From Mobula hypostoma (taxonomy: Eukaryota): 64,000 nt of DNA. Below, piece by piece: positions 38,341 through 51,259 of the stretch (within the stretch, counting starts at the first letter, position 1; each line of letters begins with the position of its first letter). The DNA is taken from assembly GCF_963921235.1 (NCBI RefSeq), contig NC_086097.1, positions 14,136,001 to 14,200,000 on the forward strand, read 5' to 3'. The notes under the pieces were generated by a model. That model searched no databases. It saw only the letters and a program-made list of their open reading frames with translations, and was not told where the DNA came from. The translations under genes and the position numbers were made by a program.

Positions 38341-38961
38341 TTACGAAAACTTTTTTTTGCTGTATCTCTCTATGAATCTATAACTTTACAACAGTGAACA
38401 TGTTCCAAATATCCTGCATCTACTCTGGGTGCATTAGGATATCCGAAGGTTGTGAAAGGTGCCCGTATAAATAATGATCTTCCTTTCTTATCTTATCTTA
38501 TAGCATCACTTAATCATCTAATTATATCAGTTAAGGAATTGTGAGAAGCCAACTAAAACAGATGACCTATAATCATTTTGTTATTAATGCTTCAGCAGAA
38601 AAATTCCTAACTGGTGAGTTTTCAACTTTTCTGCCAAGGCCGATAGTGGTTTTCATTGCTTGTGGCAAACTACAGTCAGGGTCCTATACACAAGGAAACA
38701 CCGGAACATCTGGATTCCCAAAGCATGTGTTCCTCAAAGTAGAATAACTCAGCCTGATTGAAAGACATTGAGGTTGTTGGGGAAAGGAGATGTCAGGAGG
38801 GGCTGATGGAAAACAGATACAACATTGGGAAAGTGACAACTAAGAAAGGAACCAGGATCAGAATCAGATTTCATGTCACTGACATTCGTCACGCAATTTG
38901 CTGTTTTGCGGCAGCATTACAGAAAAATACATAAAAAATACTATAAAGTATAATAAGGATT

Positions 38962-38964
<3 letters not shown>

Positions 38965-39000
<36 letters not shown>
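38965..39000. repeat. (CA)n microsatellite
   Basis: acacacac...atatata. Confidence 0.95.
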
Positions 39001-39001
<1 letters not shown>

Positions 39002-39010
39002 TTGAGTGTG

Positions 39011-39323
39011 TGGGCACGTGGCCAAGTGGTTAAGGCATTGGACTAGCGACCTGAAGGTCATGAGTTCGAGCCCCAGCCGAGGCAACGTGTTGTGTCCTTG
39101 AGCAAGGCACTTAATCACACATTGCTCTGCGACGACACTGGTGCCAAGCTGTATGGGTCCTAATGCCCTTCCCTCGGACAACATTGGTGTCGTGGAGAGG
39201 GGAGACGCAGCATGGGCAACTGCTGGTCTTCCATACAACCTTGCCCAGGCCTGTGCCCTGGAGAGTGAAGACTTTCCAGGCGCAGATCCATGGTCTCACA
39301 AGACTAACGGATGCCTTTACTTA
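39011..39323 (+). mobile_element. tRNA-derived CORE-like SINE with RTE-like 3' part
   Basis: A box tggccaagtgg, B box agttcgagcc, CORE-like tgtgtccttgagcaaggcacttaa, tail ggtctcacaagactaacggatgcc. Confidence 0.8.
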
Positions 39324-39481
39324 TGTAATTGAATAAAGTAAGCAGTGAAATAAGAGAGCAAGGTAGTGAACATTTATTTCATTGTCCGCTCAGAAACAGA
39401 AGCTGTTTCTAAAATGTTGAGTGTGTGTCTTCATGCTCCAGCACCTCCTCCTCGTTGCTAACAATGAGAAGAGAGCATATC

Positions 39482-39807
39482 GGGCTGGCTGGTGGCGCAA
39501 TGACGTCAGCGCCGGACTCTGGAATGAAGGTTCCCGGTTTCAAATCGGGTCAGAGCCGCTCCCGAGTACGCTTTCCATCCATGCTGGGTTGAGTGTCAAG
39601 TTCACAACCCGACCTCGTAAAATAAAAGGGAAAAATACTGTGAAATGTCTGTGTGAGGAGTGGAGCGCCACAAGGTCTCTCTCTCTGGCTCCGCGCCTTG
39701 TTTAAAAAAAAGGCATGAAAAAAGTCATCGTCCTGTCAACATCGCACACGCACATACGCACGCACGGACGCATGCACGCACATGCAGACGCACACGCCAA
39801 AAAAAAA
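39482..39807 (+). mobile_element. tRNA-derived poly(A)-tailed SINE
   Basis: A box tggcgcaatg, B box ggtttcaaatc, A9 tail, perfect 16-bp TSD gagaagagagcatatc (39466-39481, 39808-39823). Confidence 0.9.
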
Positions 39808-40589
39808 GAGAAGAGAGCATATCCTGGTATTGGAAGTCATTAGTGATAATGCTGCTTTTTTGAGGCATCACCTAAAAGTTGTTTAGGGATAAATGATGTC
39901 GGAGAGGTTCCCAGATGGGAGAAGTCTCCAATCCCCTTTTCTCTTAGGAGCATCTGAGCACCTTCCTGCTTCTCTCTGACTTTACGTATGTAGATATGTT
40001 CAAATTTAATTTGAGAAACAAGCCAATGGTTGAAGAAAAGAAAAAGTAATAACATTTTTATAGGATGTTTTTCATTTTCACTAGACTTTGAAGTAACTTT
40101 TGAGTTATTTTAAACTTCGAAATATGCCAGCTAATTTTTATAATGCAAGCTCCCACTAGCTGCAACATGATGAAGACAAATTACTCAACAAATCCAATGA
40201 TAAATTTAGGCCAGTGCTCTCAGCTTCCTAATAGTGCCACAGCATCATTCACATCCAGGTGAAGACAGATATGAGGCCTCAATTTTATTTATTTGATTTA
40301 TTAACTGAGAAACATTGTGGAATCGGCCCCTTCCGGCCCTTTGAGCCGTGCCACCCAGCTACCCCAATATAACCCTTGCTTAATCACAGGGTAATTCACA
40401 ATGACCAATTAACTTACCAACCAGTATATCTTTGGACTGTGAGGGGAAACCCACATAGTCATAGGGAGAATATACAAACTCCTTACAGACAGCAGCAGGA
40501 ATTAGGCCTCAGTTGCTGGTACTGTAAAACATTGTGGCCCATATATCACTGTAGTACCTGCACAGTACAGAACTGTGACACCTTTGACT

Positions 40590-41135
40590 ATAGGGCTGCA
40601 TTGGGCTTCTCACCCAATTATGCTGGCATTGGAGAAGCAAGGATCCAGAGGAAGTCACAAGAATTACCTCGGGAATGAAAGTGTTAGCATATGTTTCGTG
40701 GTTCTGGGCCTGTACTTGCTGGAGTTTAGAAGAATAAGGGGAGATCTCATTGAAACCTATCGAATATTAAAAGGCCCAGAAAGAGTGGATGTGGAGAAGA
40801 TGTTTCCTATAGTGGGGGAACCTAGAACCGAAGGATACAGCCTTAGAATAGAATGACATCTCTTTAGAACAGAAGTTGTCAATATGTCAGGAAGTTTGGA
40901 GGAATTTCTCGAGCCAGAGGGTAGTGACTCTCTGGAATTCATTACAGCAGATGGCTGTGGAGTCCATGACATTGGGTGTACTTAATGTGGAGGTTGATAG
41001 AATCTTGATTAGTAAGAGTGTCAAAGGTTATGAGGAAAAGGCAGGTGAGGGGAATAATAAGCCATTCATGACCGAATGGTGGAGCAGACTCAATAGGCTG
41101 AATGGCCTAATTCTCTTCCAATGTCTTATGGTCTT
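40590..41135 (+). mobile_element. CR1 3' end
   Basis: LGLYLLEFRRIRGDLIETYRILKG; QRVVTLWNSL. Confidence 0.85.
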
Positions 41136-43565
41136 AAAACCAAAAATGAGGAGACGCTTGATTTGTTCTCCAGGAGAGAAAATTGTTGGGAATAATGCTC
41201 CATTCTGTTCGTCCTTTGTGATCATATCACAAGTTATCATCATCTTTCAACTCTTGATAGTGGACTGGAAACCATATCCAGGTTGTGCCACCATCATCTG
41301 CTGTGTGGAAGTACTGAAGCTGTGTATCTATTTCATGATGAACTCCTGTAGCTTTTGGTACAAGGTTTGGCACACCTCAGCCATGACTGTCTGATTTGGT
41401 GCAGCTCGCACACCCAATATACAAAAACTAAAGCCAACTGTTACATCAACTGAAAAGATTATTGGCCACAGTCTGCCATCACTGCAGGACTTGTATGTGC
41501 CCAGCTCGAAGGAGCGGGCAGGAAAATTATCAGGGGCACTACCCGCCCAGTAAACTGCCTTTTCCAAAAGTTCCCTTCTGGAAAATGCTATAGAGTTATT
41601 AAAACAAAAACTTCACTTCATCTTCACGTCAGTCCTGAAACGTCGACTATTTATGTATTTCCACAAAATGCTGCCTGATCAGCATTTTGTGTGAGTTGCT
41701 TTGGATTTCCAGCAGCTGTTTACATCATCTTGAAAGTTTCTTAGCCCCCAGGCAGATAATCTGATCAGCCATTCTAGTTACCCACCACCACCTCCTCTTA
41801 TGAATTACTTCAGTCACTGCACTGCACTGCAAACTTTTTTTATAATGTTTGCATTGTAATTACATGTTGGTGTTTATGTATTTATGCACATTTTATTGCA
41901 TTTCTGTACTTTAAATTTATTTTTTATATAATTCTTATTCTTATTGTTGTTGCTTTTTGTCGCATGTCACACCAACATACCGTTTCCTGATTCGTGTAAA
42001 TGTATATAGTGAATGAAGTTCATCCTTTTGTTACATGACCTTTCAATTACATCTGCCCCACACCCCTCCACCATCGGCATCTGACACTTCATCCAGTAAA
42101 AAAGCAGGTTCTCTCTGCTACTGGATTGGGTAGTTCCTGACTCCCAGTGAAGCAGACCTGCTTTCACCATCCATAATTTGTCTATAATTCATTAACAAGA
42201 ATGTTCAAAGAAAATGAGAAGTCTTTCTAATGCCCCTATGATTTTTCTCCTGGGTTGCTGACTGATTAATCTTTAATTCCTGGAGACTCCAGCAGCATCT
42301 TGAAGGGTTGGCAGCCCTAGAGTGGAGGGAGAGAAGTACTAGCAAAATAAAGAACTCAAGCTAGTTATTTATGCCTTACTTCGCTCAGGGATTACAGCCT
42401 GATATTCAAAGTTCAAAGTTCAAAGTTGAAAGTAAATTTTATTATCAAGGTACACATATGTCACCACATACAACCTTGAGTTTCATTTTCCTGTGGGCAT
42501 ATTCAGCAAATCTATAAAAGTGTAACCATAACCAGATTCAAAGAAAGATCAACCAGAGTGCAGAAGACAACACACTGTGCAAATGCAAATATAAATAAAT
42601 AGCAATAAATAACAAGAACATAAGATAAAGTGTCCTTAAAGTGAGATCATTGGTTGTGGGAACATTTCAAAGTTGGTGCAAGTGAGTCTAATTATCCCTT
42701 TTTATGTTAAATATTCCAAACTGAGGCCGTGCCTTAGAATCGTCCAGTCATCAACGTTGGTTTAATGTTTTGGAGACTCTGATAAACATTTAATAGTTAC
42801 AGGCTGGTTACAATGCATCTGAACATATGTGTGTGCAGCCTTTAAATGGGGTTACATTGTTTCATCAGCTTAATATGCAAATTTGAATCCCGGCAAGTCA
42901 TTTATAGCTCCCAAGCCTTTCTAGATAAGAGGATTTCATTACATCTACTTTAGCCTGTTGGAAAAATCCAGTTAGCACCAGTAAACATTGGCAGGATGGC
43001 GATGAGCTAGAGAACTCAAGCCTAGTTGTGACAACTCCACTGCTTATCCAGCAAGCACAGATACAGTAGCTCATATCAGTTTGCACAATCCATCAGCATA
43101 AATTGGCATGAACTTCACAGCAAGTAGTCTCATAGACAGCCTCAAAATACAAGGACATCCCTTTAGAACGGAGATGTGTCGGAATTTCTTTACCAAGAGG
43201 GTGGTGAATCTGTGCAATCATTGCTACAAATGGCTGTGGAGGCAGCATCATTAGGTATATTAAATGCAGGGTTTGATAGGTTCTTGATTAGTAAGGTGTC
43301 AAAGGTGATAGAAAGAGTGCAGGAGAATGGGGTTGAGAAGGATAATAAACTAGCAGTGATTGAATGGAGGACCAGAGTCAATGGGCCAAATTGCCTAATT
43401 CTACTCTTATGTCTTATGGTGTTAATTCATCCGCATCTTTGACCCAGTGACTAGCCTTTATGCACATTGGTCAGTAGACTGCCGTGCTGGTCTCCGCTGC
43501 AGAGACATGGAGAGACCAGTAAGGCTCCAGTGCAGTGATGAGAGAGAGCTGCACTGCTGGATATA

Positions 43566-44120
43566 GAGTACTGTGCAAAAGTCTTCAGCACATACTGTAC
43601 CTGTAACTCCAGTGCCGAAGACTTTTGGCAGTACAGTAACACTTTTATGTATTGCACTGTACTGTTGCCACACACAAAAAAAACAAATTTCATGACATAT
43701 GTAAGTGATGATAAACTTGATTCTGATATGGGTCTCTATTGTGGACCAAGAGTGGGAAGGAGCAGGGAGAGGGGTATCATGATTGGGAAAAGGAGAAGGG
43801 AGAGGGGAGGGAGTAGGAAGCTTCAGGGACATTCTGTAATGATCAAAAATCTAATTGTCTGAAATCAAGTAACACTGCCTGGTGTCTCAGGGCTGGATGT
43901 GTCTGCACCTGTGCCAACCCCTGACCCTGGCACTTCTTCTCTGCCACCTGTCCCACACCCCTCCTGCAGTGCTCCACCCTCGTCATTCCCAACGCCCTTT
44001 GTTCCACCAGATTTACAAACTTGCTTTCCAATCCATGTTGACAAATACAGTACTGTGCAAAAGTCTTAGACACCCTAGTTATATACTGTAGATAAGCCTA
44101 AGACTTTTGTTACAGTGCTG
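43566..44120. mobile_element. Composite Tc1/mariner-type MITE
   Basis: Two TA-flanked hairpin mini-units with TIR cagtactgtgcaaaagtctt (43566-43636, 44048-44120) bracketing ~410 bp. Confidence 0.7.
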
Positions 44121-44269
44121 TATCTTCATCTGGATAGGCGTGACATTTTAAAATCATATACACTCAGGTGCAAACATAATACAAATTTAATGTAGTTGTA
44201 TTTAAGAGATGATTTTTGCTCCCCTAGAAACCTGGGGCCAATATTTACCCTTCAGCTAATATGACTCCG

Positions 44270-45115
44270 ATTGTTAAGAAAGCTTAAAGAGTGTTAGTTT
44301 TCATAAGTCGAGTGATAGAGATTAAGAGTCACGGGGTAATGATGCAGCTCTATAAAACTCTGGTTAGGCCACACTTGGAGTACTGTGTCCAGTTCTGGTC
44401 GCCTCACTATAGGAAGGATGTGGAAGCATTGGAAAGGGTACAGAGGTATGGTAAACCATATATATGTTGTAACTGGGTTAACTGTCTGGACACACCCCTC
44501 TGCTGACTGCCCCTGTGTCTCCTCCCACAGATTCCTGTATAAAGGTGTTTCGCCTTGCCCCTCCCCCTCAGTCCAGGGGCAGACACTCACCGTGGAGGTC
44601 GTATTGTACAGTGAATAAAAGCCTTTCAGTATTTACCTAACCTTAGTCTTTTGGAGTTATTGAAGGTGCTTCAAGAGGAGATTTACCCGGATGCTGCCTG
44701 GTTTAGAAAGTATGCATTATGATCAGAGATTAAGGGAGCAAGGGCTTTACTCTCTGGAGTGAAGGAAGATGAGAGGAGACATGATAGAGGTGTACAAGAT
44801 ATTAAGAGGAATGAATAGAGTGGACAGCCAGCGCCTCTTCCCCAGGGCACCACTGCTCAATACAAGAGGACATCGCTTTAAGGTAAGGGGTGGGAAGTTC
44901 AAGGGGGATATTAGAGGAAGGTTTTTTACTCAGAGAGTGGTTGGTGCGTGGAATGCACTGCCTGAGTCAGTGGTGGAGGCAGGTACACTAGTGAAATTTA
45001 AAAGACTACTGGAGGAATTTAAGGTGGGGGGTTATATGGGAGGCAGGGTTTAAGGGTCAGCACAACATTGTGGGCTGAAGGGCCTGTACTGTACTGTACT
45101 ATTCTATGTTCTATG
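44270..45115 (+). mobile_element. CR1 3' portion interrupted by a solo LTR
   Basis: LYKTLVRPHLEYCVQFWSPHYRKDVEALERVQR|R; FFTQRVVGAWNALP. Confidence 0.9.
44447..44673 (+). mobile_element. Solo LTR (227 bp)
   Basis: 5-bp TSD AGAGG (44442-44446, 44674-44678); TA(probably mutated TG)...CA ends; TATAAA 44538-44543; AATAAA 44614-44619. Confidence 0.85.
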
Positions 45116-45728
45116 GAATCTGTTATTTTCATATCGTTGTTTATGGGATCTTGCTGTGTACAACTGGCCCAGTACATTTCCAACATTAAAGTGGTGAAAT
45201 TACCTCGAAAGTACGTAATTGGTTCTGAAGCATCCTTTGGTTGTCCTGAAGTTGTTTTTCTTTTTGTTTATTTTGTTATTGATGTCACACGTACCAAGAT
45301 AGAGAGAAAAGCCTTTGTTTATGTGCCATCCATTAAGGTCATTAAGTACATCGAGGCAGTAAAAAGATAAACAGAATGCACAATACATTTTTGCAACTTC
45401 CGAGGAAGTGCAGTGCGGGTAAACAAATAAAGTGCTAGAGTCCTGATGATGTAGCTTGGATGATCGAGGGTTCACATTCGATTATGAGAGGTCCATTCAA
45501 GGTTCTGATAAAGCATGGTAGAAGCTCCCTTTCAGTCTGCTGATACAGGCTTTCATGCTCTTACATCTTCGATCTGACAGAAAGTGGAAGATGAGAGAGT
45601 GGCCAGGATGGCAGGGGTCCTTGGTTTTTTTAGCTGCTTCCCTGAGGTACATGGAAATGTACACGGTGTCACTGGAGGAGAGTCTCACTTTTAAAATGAA
45701 AGATGATATTTAAGTGCAAGCAATTATT

Positions 45729-46050
45729 AACACAAGAAAGTCTGCAGATGCTAGAAATCCAAAGCAAAACACACACAAAATGCTGGAGGAACTCAGCAGG
45801 TCAAGCATCTGTGGGAATGAATGGATAGTTGACGTTTTGGGCTGAGACCCTTCTTAAGGACTAAAAAGAAAGGGAAAAGATGCTAGAATAAAAGGGTTGG
45901 GGGAGGGGGAGCCGGCTAGCTGGAAGGTGATTGGTGAAGCCAGGTAAGTAGGAAAGGTCAAGGGCTGGAGAAGAAGGAATCTGATAGGAAAGGGGAGTGG
46001 ACTATAGGAGAAGGAGATGGCGGAGAGGACCCAGGGGAAGTAATAGGCAG
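45729..46050 (-). mobile_element. Penelope-like 3' end
   Basis: Reverse of the terminal segment plus purine-rich UTR; decayed core (gacgttttgggctgagacccttcttaaggact). Confidence 0.7.
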
Positions 46051-47648
46051 GTGGGAAGTAGAAAAGGATCTCATTTTATTTTATTTATTCCTTTCTTAGA
46101 TCTGGACTGTGCTATGGAATAACCAGTTTTCATTGCCATAATTCGCCTTTATCATGGTAGTTAATAGTGTTACTCCTAAGCCGCTCCCACATGGGAGGAG
46201 TTCACATACTGTACAATGAAGTTCAGTTGAGAATCCTGTATACTGGCAGCCTGGTGTGATCTGCTCTATCCCTCAATAACAAACAAATAGGCTTACTTAA
46301 TCAGGAACATAATGAAAGAGGCCGTCTGATTCTGAATAACAGGCAAACGGTTGATTGGCCTTTTTACATTTTTAAAAGCAAAACATTAATTATTCCAAAG
46401 TCAAAAGCCACTGTCACAATCAAAGTCAAGTTGATAGTCATATACTATATACAAGTACGTGCATTCACTGGCGCAGTGAAAAACTTACATACAGCAACAT
46501 CACATTAAAGGAACCTTCATTCAAGGGAAATCCTACTAGTCTATCCTTTCAGTACAGAATTCCACTTGCATATCAGCAGAAGAAAGCCACTGCTGGAGAG
46601 AGAAGGGGGAGTATGTCCCTGTCCTTAAAGTTAAAAAAAAGACAATAAAATGCTGGAAACACTAGGCAAGACACAAGCACCTAAAGATTAATGGTGTAAA
46701 GATTAGCTTTACTTGTCACATGTACAGGAGCCTCAGGACTCACACCACCAGATTCAGAAACAGTTATTACCCCTCAACCATCAGGACCTTGGACCTTAAA
46801 AAAAATTGGAATGTTCCCATAACCAATAGGCTCACTTTCAAGGATTCTTCATTTCATGTTCTCAATATTTATTGCTATTTATTTATGTTTTCATGGCACA
46901 GATTGTTGTTGTCTGTACTTTGGTTGAACACCCTAGTTAGGCTTTCTTTCATTCTGTTATAGTTAATATTCTACAGATTTGTTGAGTATGCCCACTAGAA
47001 AATGATTTTCAGGGCGACATATATGAATTTCGATAATAAAATTTACTTTGTACTTTGAACTTTGAACCTGCATCAAAACATACAGAAAAATGCATTACTT
47101 GCATCAAATCAAATCAGTGAGAATCGTCCTTCACGTGCCGCCATGCTACTGGTGCCAAAATAGCTTATCCACAGCTCACCAACCCCAACCATATATCTTT
47201 GGAATGTGGGAGAAAATCGGTGCTGCTGGAGAAAACCGAGGAAGTCACAGGAAGAACGTACAAACTCCTTACAGACTGCAGTAGGAATTGAACTCCCTTC
47301 TTACAGCTTACTGCTGAAATAGTGTTATACTAACCACTACGCTACTGTACCTGTGGAAGGAGAAACACTTCAGGTCATAGAACTGGGAAAATAAAACGTA
47401 GAAGGTCATTCTAAGTTGTGAGGAAGGAACCAGGCAGAATTATTAGGACATAGGGAATACCTACGATAGGATGAGACCAAGTGACATAGATTAATCTAAT
47501 TTATTCTGACGGCAGCTAAATTTCCAAATGGCAGTGCAGACATAAATTTACTCTGCCAACATAATATGCAGTATAGAGAGTTTGCACACAAGGAATGAGC
47601 ATGTGTAACTTTGGGATAAAAGCAGTGGGAAACTTAAGTTTGTGTCTG

Positions 47649-47756
47649 ACTGACCGTTAGTCCTGACGAAGGGTCTCAGCCTGAAACGTCAACTGCGCCT
47701 CTTCCTATAGATGCTGCTTGGCCTGCTGCGTTCACCAGCAACTTTGATGTATGTTG
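47649..47756 (+). mobile_element. 108-bp Penelope-derived hammerhead mini-insert
   Basis: 16-bp perfect TSD cttaagtttgtgtctg (47633-47648, 47757-47772). Confidence 0.88.
47659..47694 (+). ncRNA. Minimal type I hammerhead ribozyme motif
   Basis: AGTC-CTGACGA-AGGgtctcagCCT-GAAA-CGTC-AACT; core intact, one stem I mismatch. Confidence 0.65.
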
Positions 47757-49139
47757 CTTAAGTTTGTGTCTGTTCACTAAATTGCCAAATAGTAACCAGT
47801 GTTCAAAAATTGCTTCTTTCTGTCTCCACTATGAGAGCCCAGTGCTATAAGTTATCAACAAGGTAATTTTCTTTATTTTGCAACAACATTGCTTTCTATA
47901 TTTCTATGACTCCAACAACCAATGATGGATAAGCACCAAGTTATTTCCAAATCTTTTTGGACAGCACTATTGCCTTCAAATTTACCTCCAGTCAGTCACA
48001 TTAAATAGTCACGTCAGCACACTGCTTATCATCTATTTGAATTTCAAGGAAAATTCAGTGGGATGAAGTTCAGAGGCAGAGAGCAATGTACTGATGTGAC
48101 AATATGACATTCTCAGTGCAACCTGGCAGGGGTGAAATTCCTGGCTCTTGCAAGAGCAGCTTGTCTTCCAAAGCTAAGACAAGGTGCAGGTTTACAGGAA
48201 GGGTTTCACCTTGGGAAATTAAAACCCACAAGTGTGTCTAGAAGAGTGGAATGCAACATGACAGAAACCAGACGATCAGCTTTGCTTAGGATTGACCCTG
48301 CACTTCTGCAGGAACCTACCCCCTTTAAATCCACTCGTCTTCTCTCCACTCTTTTAGTCTGTCTCCTTTTCAAGCACCACCTACTTCTTTCCTTGAAGAA
48401 TTTATGGACAATGCCTCCACAACTGCTCACAGCAAACATTTACAAGTTGTAATTTCCCAAGCCCCGCAGTCCTGACCCACCCACCACCTGTCTGCATAAT
48501 AATCTCCCTTTAATTCTTTGTGGGACCTTGCCACATCTGTGCTCGCTCTCATTAACCTCTTGCCAATCAGGGGAGACAATCGAGCAGTTGTTTACTTCAT
48601 CATAACCCTTCATAATCTTGAAGACCTCTAACATTTCATCTGTTTTCCCTTGGAGAAAAGGAAATACAACTTACCTTCTCAGAGGGGAGGCCTGGCTGGC
48701 AGTTCACGGCCCTCCACCTAGGGTTCATTACTTGCTTAGTCTCCCCTCTACAAGCCCCCCAGCACTAATAACTCCTTTTAAAGGAAGTTTATGTAGGTGA
48801 TTAAAAGGGACTCAGTTTTATGAGACCTGCCATTCAAAATAAGAGAGTATCGCACAACTTCTTTTATCAAATTGACGAATGTGAAATCGATCTCTATTTT
48901 GTGTGAAAGCTGATTTAGTTAGCCTTGTCAGTCTGTCGTCAGCTTTAAATCCAAGTTTTTTTGAAAATAAAAGAACCCTGCAATCATTTACTTTGTGAGA
49001 TTTGGAGGTGTAAGTATCTGAGGAGGCTGGCAATTCTGTGACACCAGCCTGCTCGCAAAATTAGAGATCCCGTTTAAGTTTACTGCAGAAGAGGGAGGGT
49101 CTTTCTCACAAATACACAATCACACATACACACAGGGAT

Positions 49140-49480
49140 AGCTCAAAAAGGCAGCATCCATCATTAAGGATTCCCGCTACCCGGGACATGCCGTCTTTTC
49201 ATTACCACCATCAGAGAGGAGACAGAGGAATGTAAAGGCACACACTCTACGATTCAGGAACAGATTCTTCCCCTCCACCATCAGATTTCTGAATGGACAA
49301 TGATCCCATGAACATGACCTCGTAACATTTTTTGCACTACTTATTTAATTTAACACATATTTATACTGTAATACACAACTTTTATTATTATGTATTGCAA
49401 TGTACTGCTACCACATAACAACAAATTTTGCGACATACACTGGTGATATTAAACCTGATTCTGATCCTGGTTCTGATTAT
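49140..49480 (+). mobile_element. Rex1/Babar-like LINE 3' end
   Basis: KKAASIIKD...PGHAVFSLPPS...RFRNRFFPSTIRFLN; ctgattctga tail. Confidence 0.75.
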
Positions 49481-49676
49481 CTCCAGAACTGGTTATAATT
49501 GCTTCAGAAGCAATACTCGGGAAGCTGGAGATCTCAGCAGATCAGGAGCATCTGCAGAGGGAAAAGGACATTCACTGTTTCTGGGTGGAGACTCTTCATC
49601 TGCTTGATCAGTCCAGGTGAAGCGATTTGACCCGAAATGTAAAAATGTAGACTAACTGATCTACTGAGTTAAAACT

Positions 49677-49714
<38 letters not shown>
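49677..49714. repeat. (TA)n(GA)n microsatellite
   Basis: Direct observation. Confidence 0.95.
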
Positions 49715-49910
49715 TACTTCTTACTGTAATTGAGAGTTTTTATTATTATTTATTGCAATGTATTGCAGCCGCATAACAACAAATTTCACGACATATGCCA
49801 GTGATTTTAAACCTGATTCTGATTCTGATTCTAATATACCCACATAGACATGGAAACGCTTGCAGACACATTTGCACAAATAATGCTATATGCACCTACA
49901 CATATGTGCG

Positions 49911-49929
49911 CACGCACACACGCACACAT

Positions 49930-49976
<47 letters not shown>
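49911..49976. repeat. (CA)n microsatellite
   Basis: Direct observation. Confidence 0.95.
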
Positions 49977-49978
<2 letters not shown>

Positions 49979-51259
49979 TTAAGGCTACATCCTGGAAGCA
50001 GAAGTTTTTAAACTGATCTCACAAAATCAGACTAGGCACATTCACTGTGTTCACATCGCTGCAGCTAATCTCATTTGGTTCAGCTGCCTGGAGTGCGTTA
50101 GTGATTTGCTGTGTAAACGGGCTATCAGACCCGGTCTTCAGTAAAAGCAGCAATAAAATGTGTTCAGCATCATCCCTCACCTTAATAAGCAGCAGCAAGA
50201 AGAGGAAAAGAAACTTGTACCAATTTCAATTTACTGATTCGGCTGTAACAATTTTATGCTCAGTACTAATGAGTTTTATCAAAGAAAAATCACTCAGAAT
50301 TTTACAGCTTCTATTAAGCTGTATGTAAATGATATTCTGTTATTCTTCGCACTTGGATTGTGGTAGACAGAATGATGCAAATGGTGCAATTCGTGTCATT
50401 CATATCCGAGATAAATAGGCTTAAAATGGTGTGCTATTCTCAAAAGTAATAGTTGGCTTGCTGTATAAGGTGCTCCTGAACAAACCTCTGCCTCTTTAAA
50501 TTCATATTCCAACTTTGCAAAAAGAAATAATGGCATCAGTAGGCATATTTCACCTTCTGAAATTAATGTTACTAATAATGCAGAATATATTGTTAGTATT
50601 TAGGGCCGCTCTAAAGGGAGGCAGCGGGTATAGACTGGAGCTGCTGTATGTTAGAGATTGCATTGAATGTTGGTTTGTAATGGAAGCCCTCCACTTTACT
50701 GAACATTAACCTATGACCAGGGACCATAATATTTACTGAATCTCATCGTCATGCCAAGGCTATGAGCTCGGTCTTACTCATACTACTTAGTAAATCTTAA
50801 CATGACAACTGTCTGAATTTATGATTACAATCTCCCGCTATTTCAATAATCATCATAGAAATTATGTGCCATGACATCTGGTTTGCCATTGCCTTCTTCT
50901 GGACAGTGTCTTTACAAGAGGGATGACCCCAGTCATTATCAATACTCTTCGGAGACTGTCCGCCTGGCGATGGTGGTCACAACCAGGACTTGTGATATGC
51001 ATCAGCTGCTCACGCGACCATCCACCACCTGCTCCCATGGCTTCGCATGATCCTGGTCGAAGGGGCTAAGCAGGTGCTACACCTTGCCCAAGGGTGACCT
51101 ACAGGCTGGTGTAGGAAAGCAAAGACTTTGGTTGAGAGTATCTCTACTCCAACACCCGTATTCCAATCATTCAAAAGAGTTTCTAAAGAAACATTTTGAT
51201 TGTAGTTTCTTGTGGGCTTGAGTAATTGAATCTGAAAGAGAGCAGGAGAAATATTTTTA

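Noticed and set aside
39011..39085. tRNA gene
   Set aside because: tRNA-like head continues into a SINE body and has no matching acceptor stem
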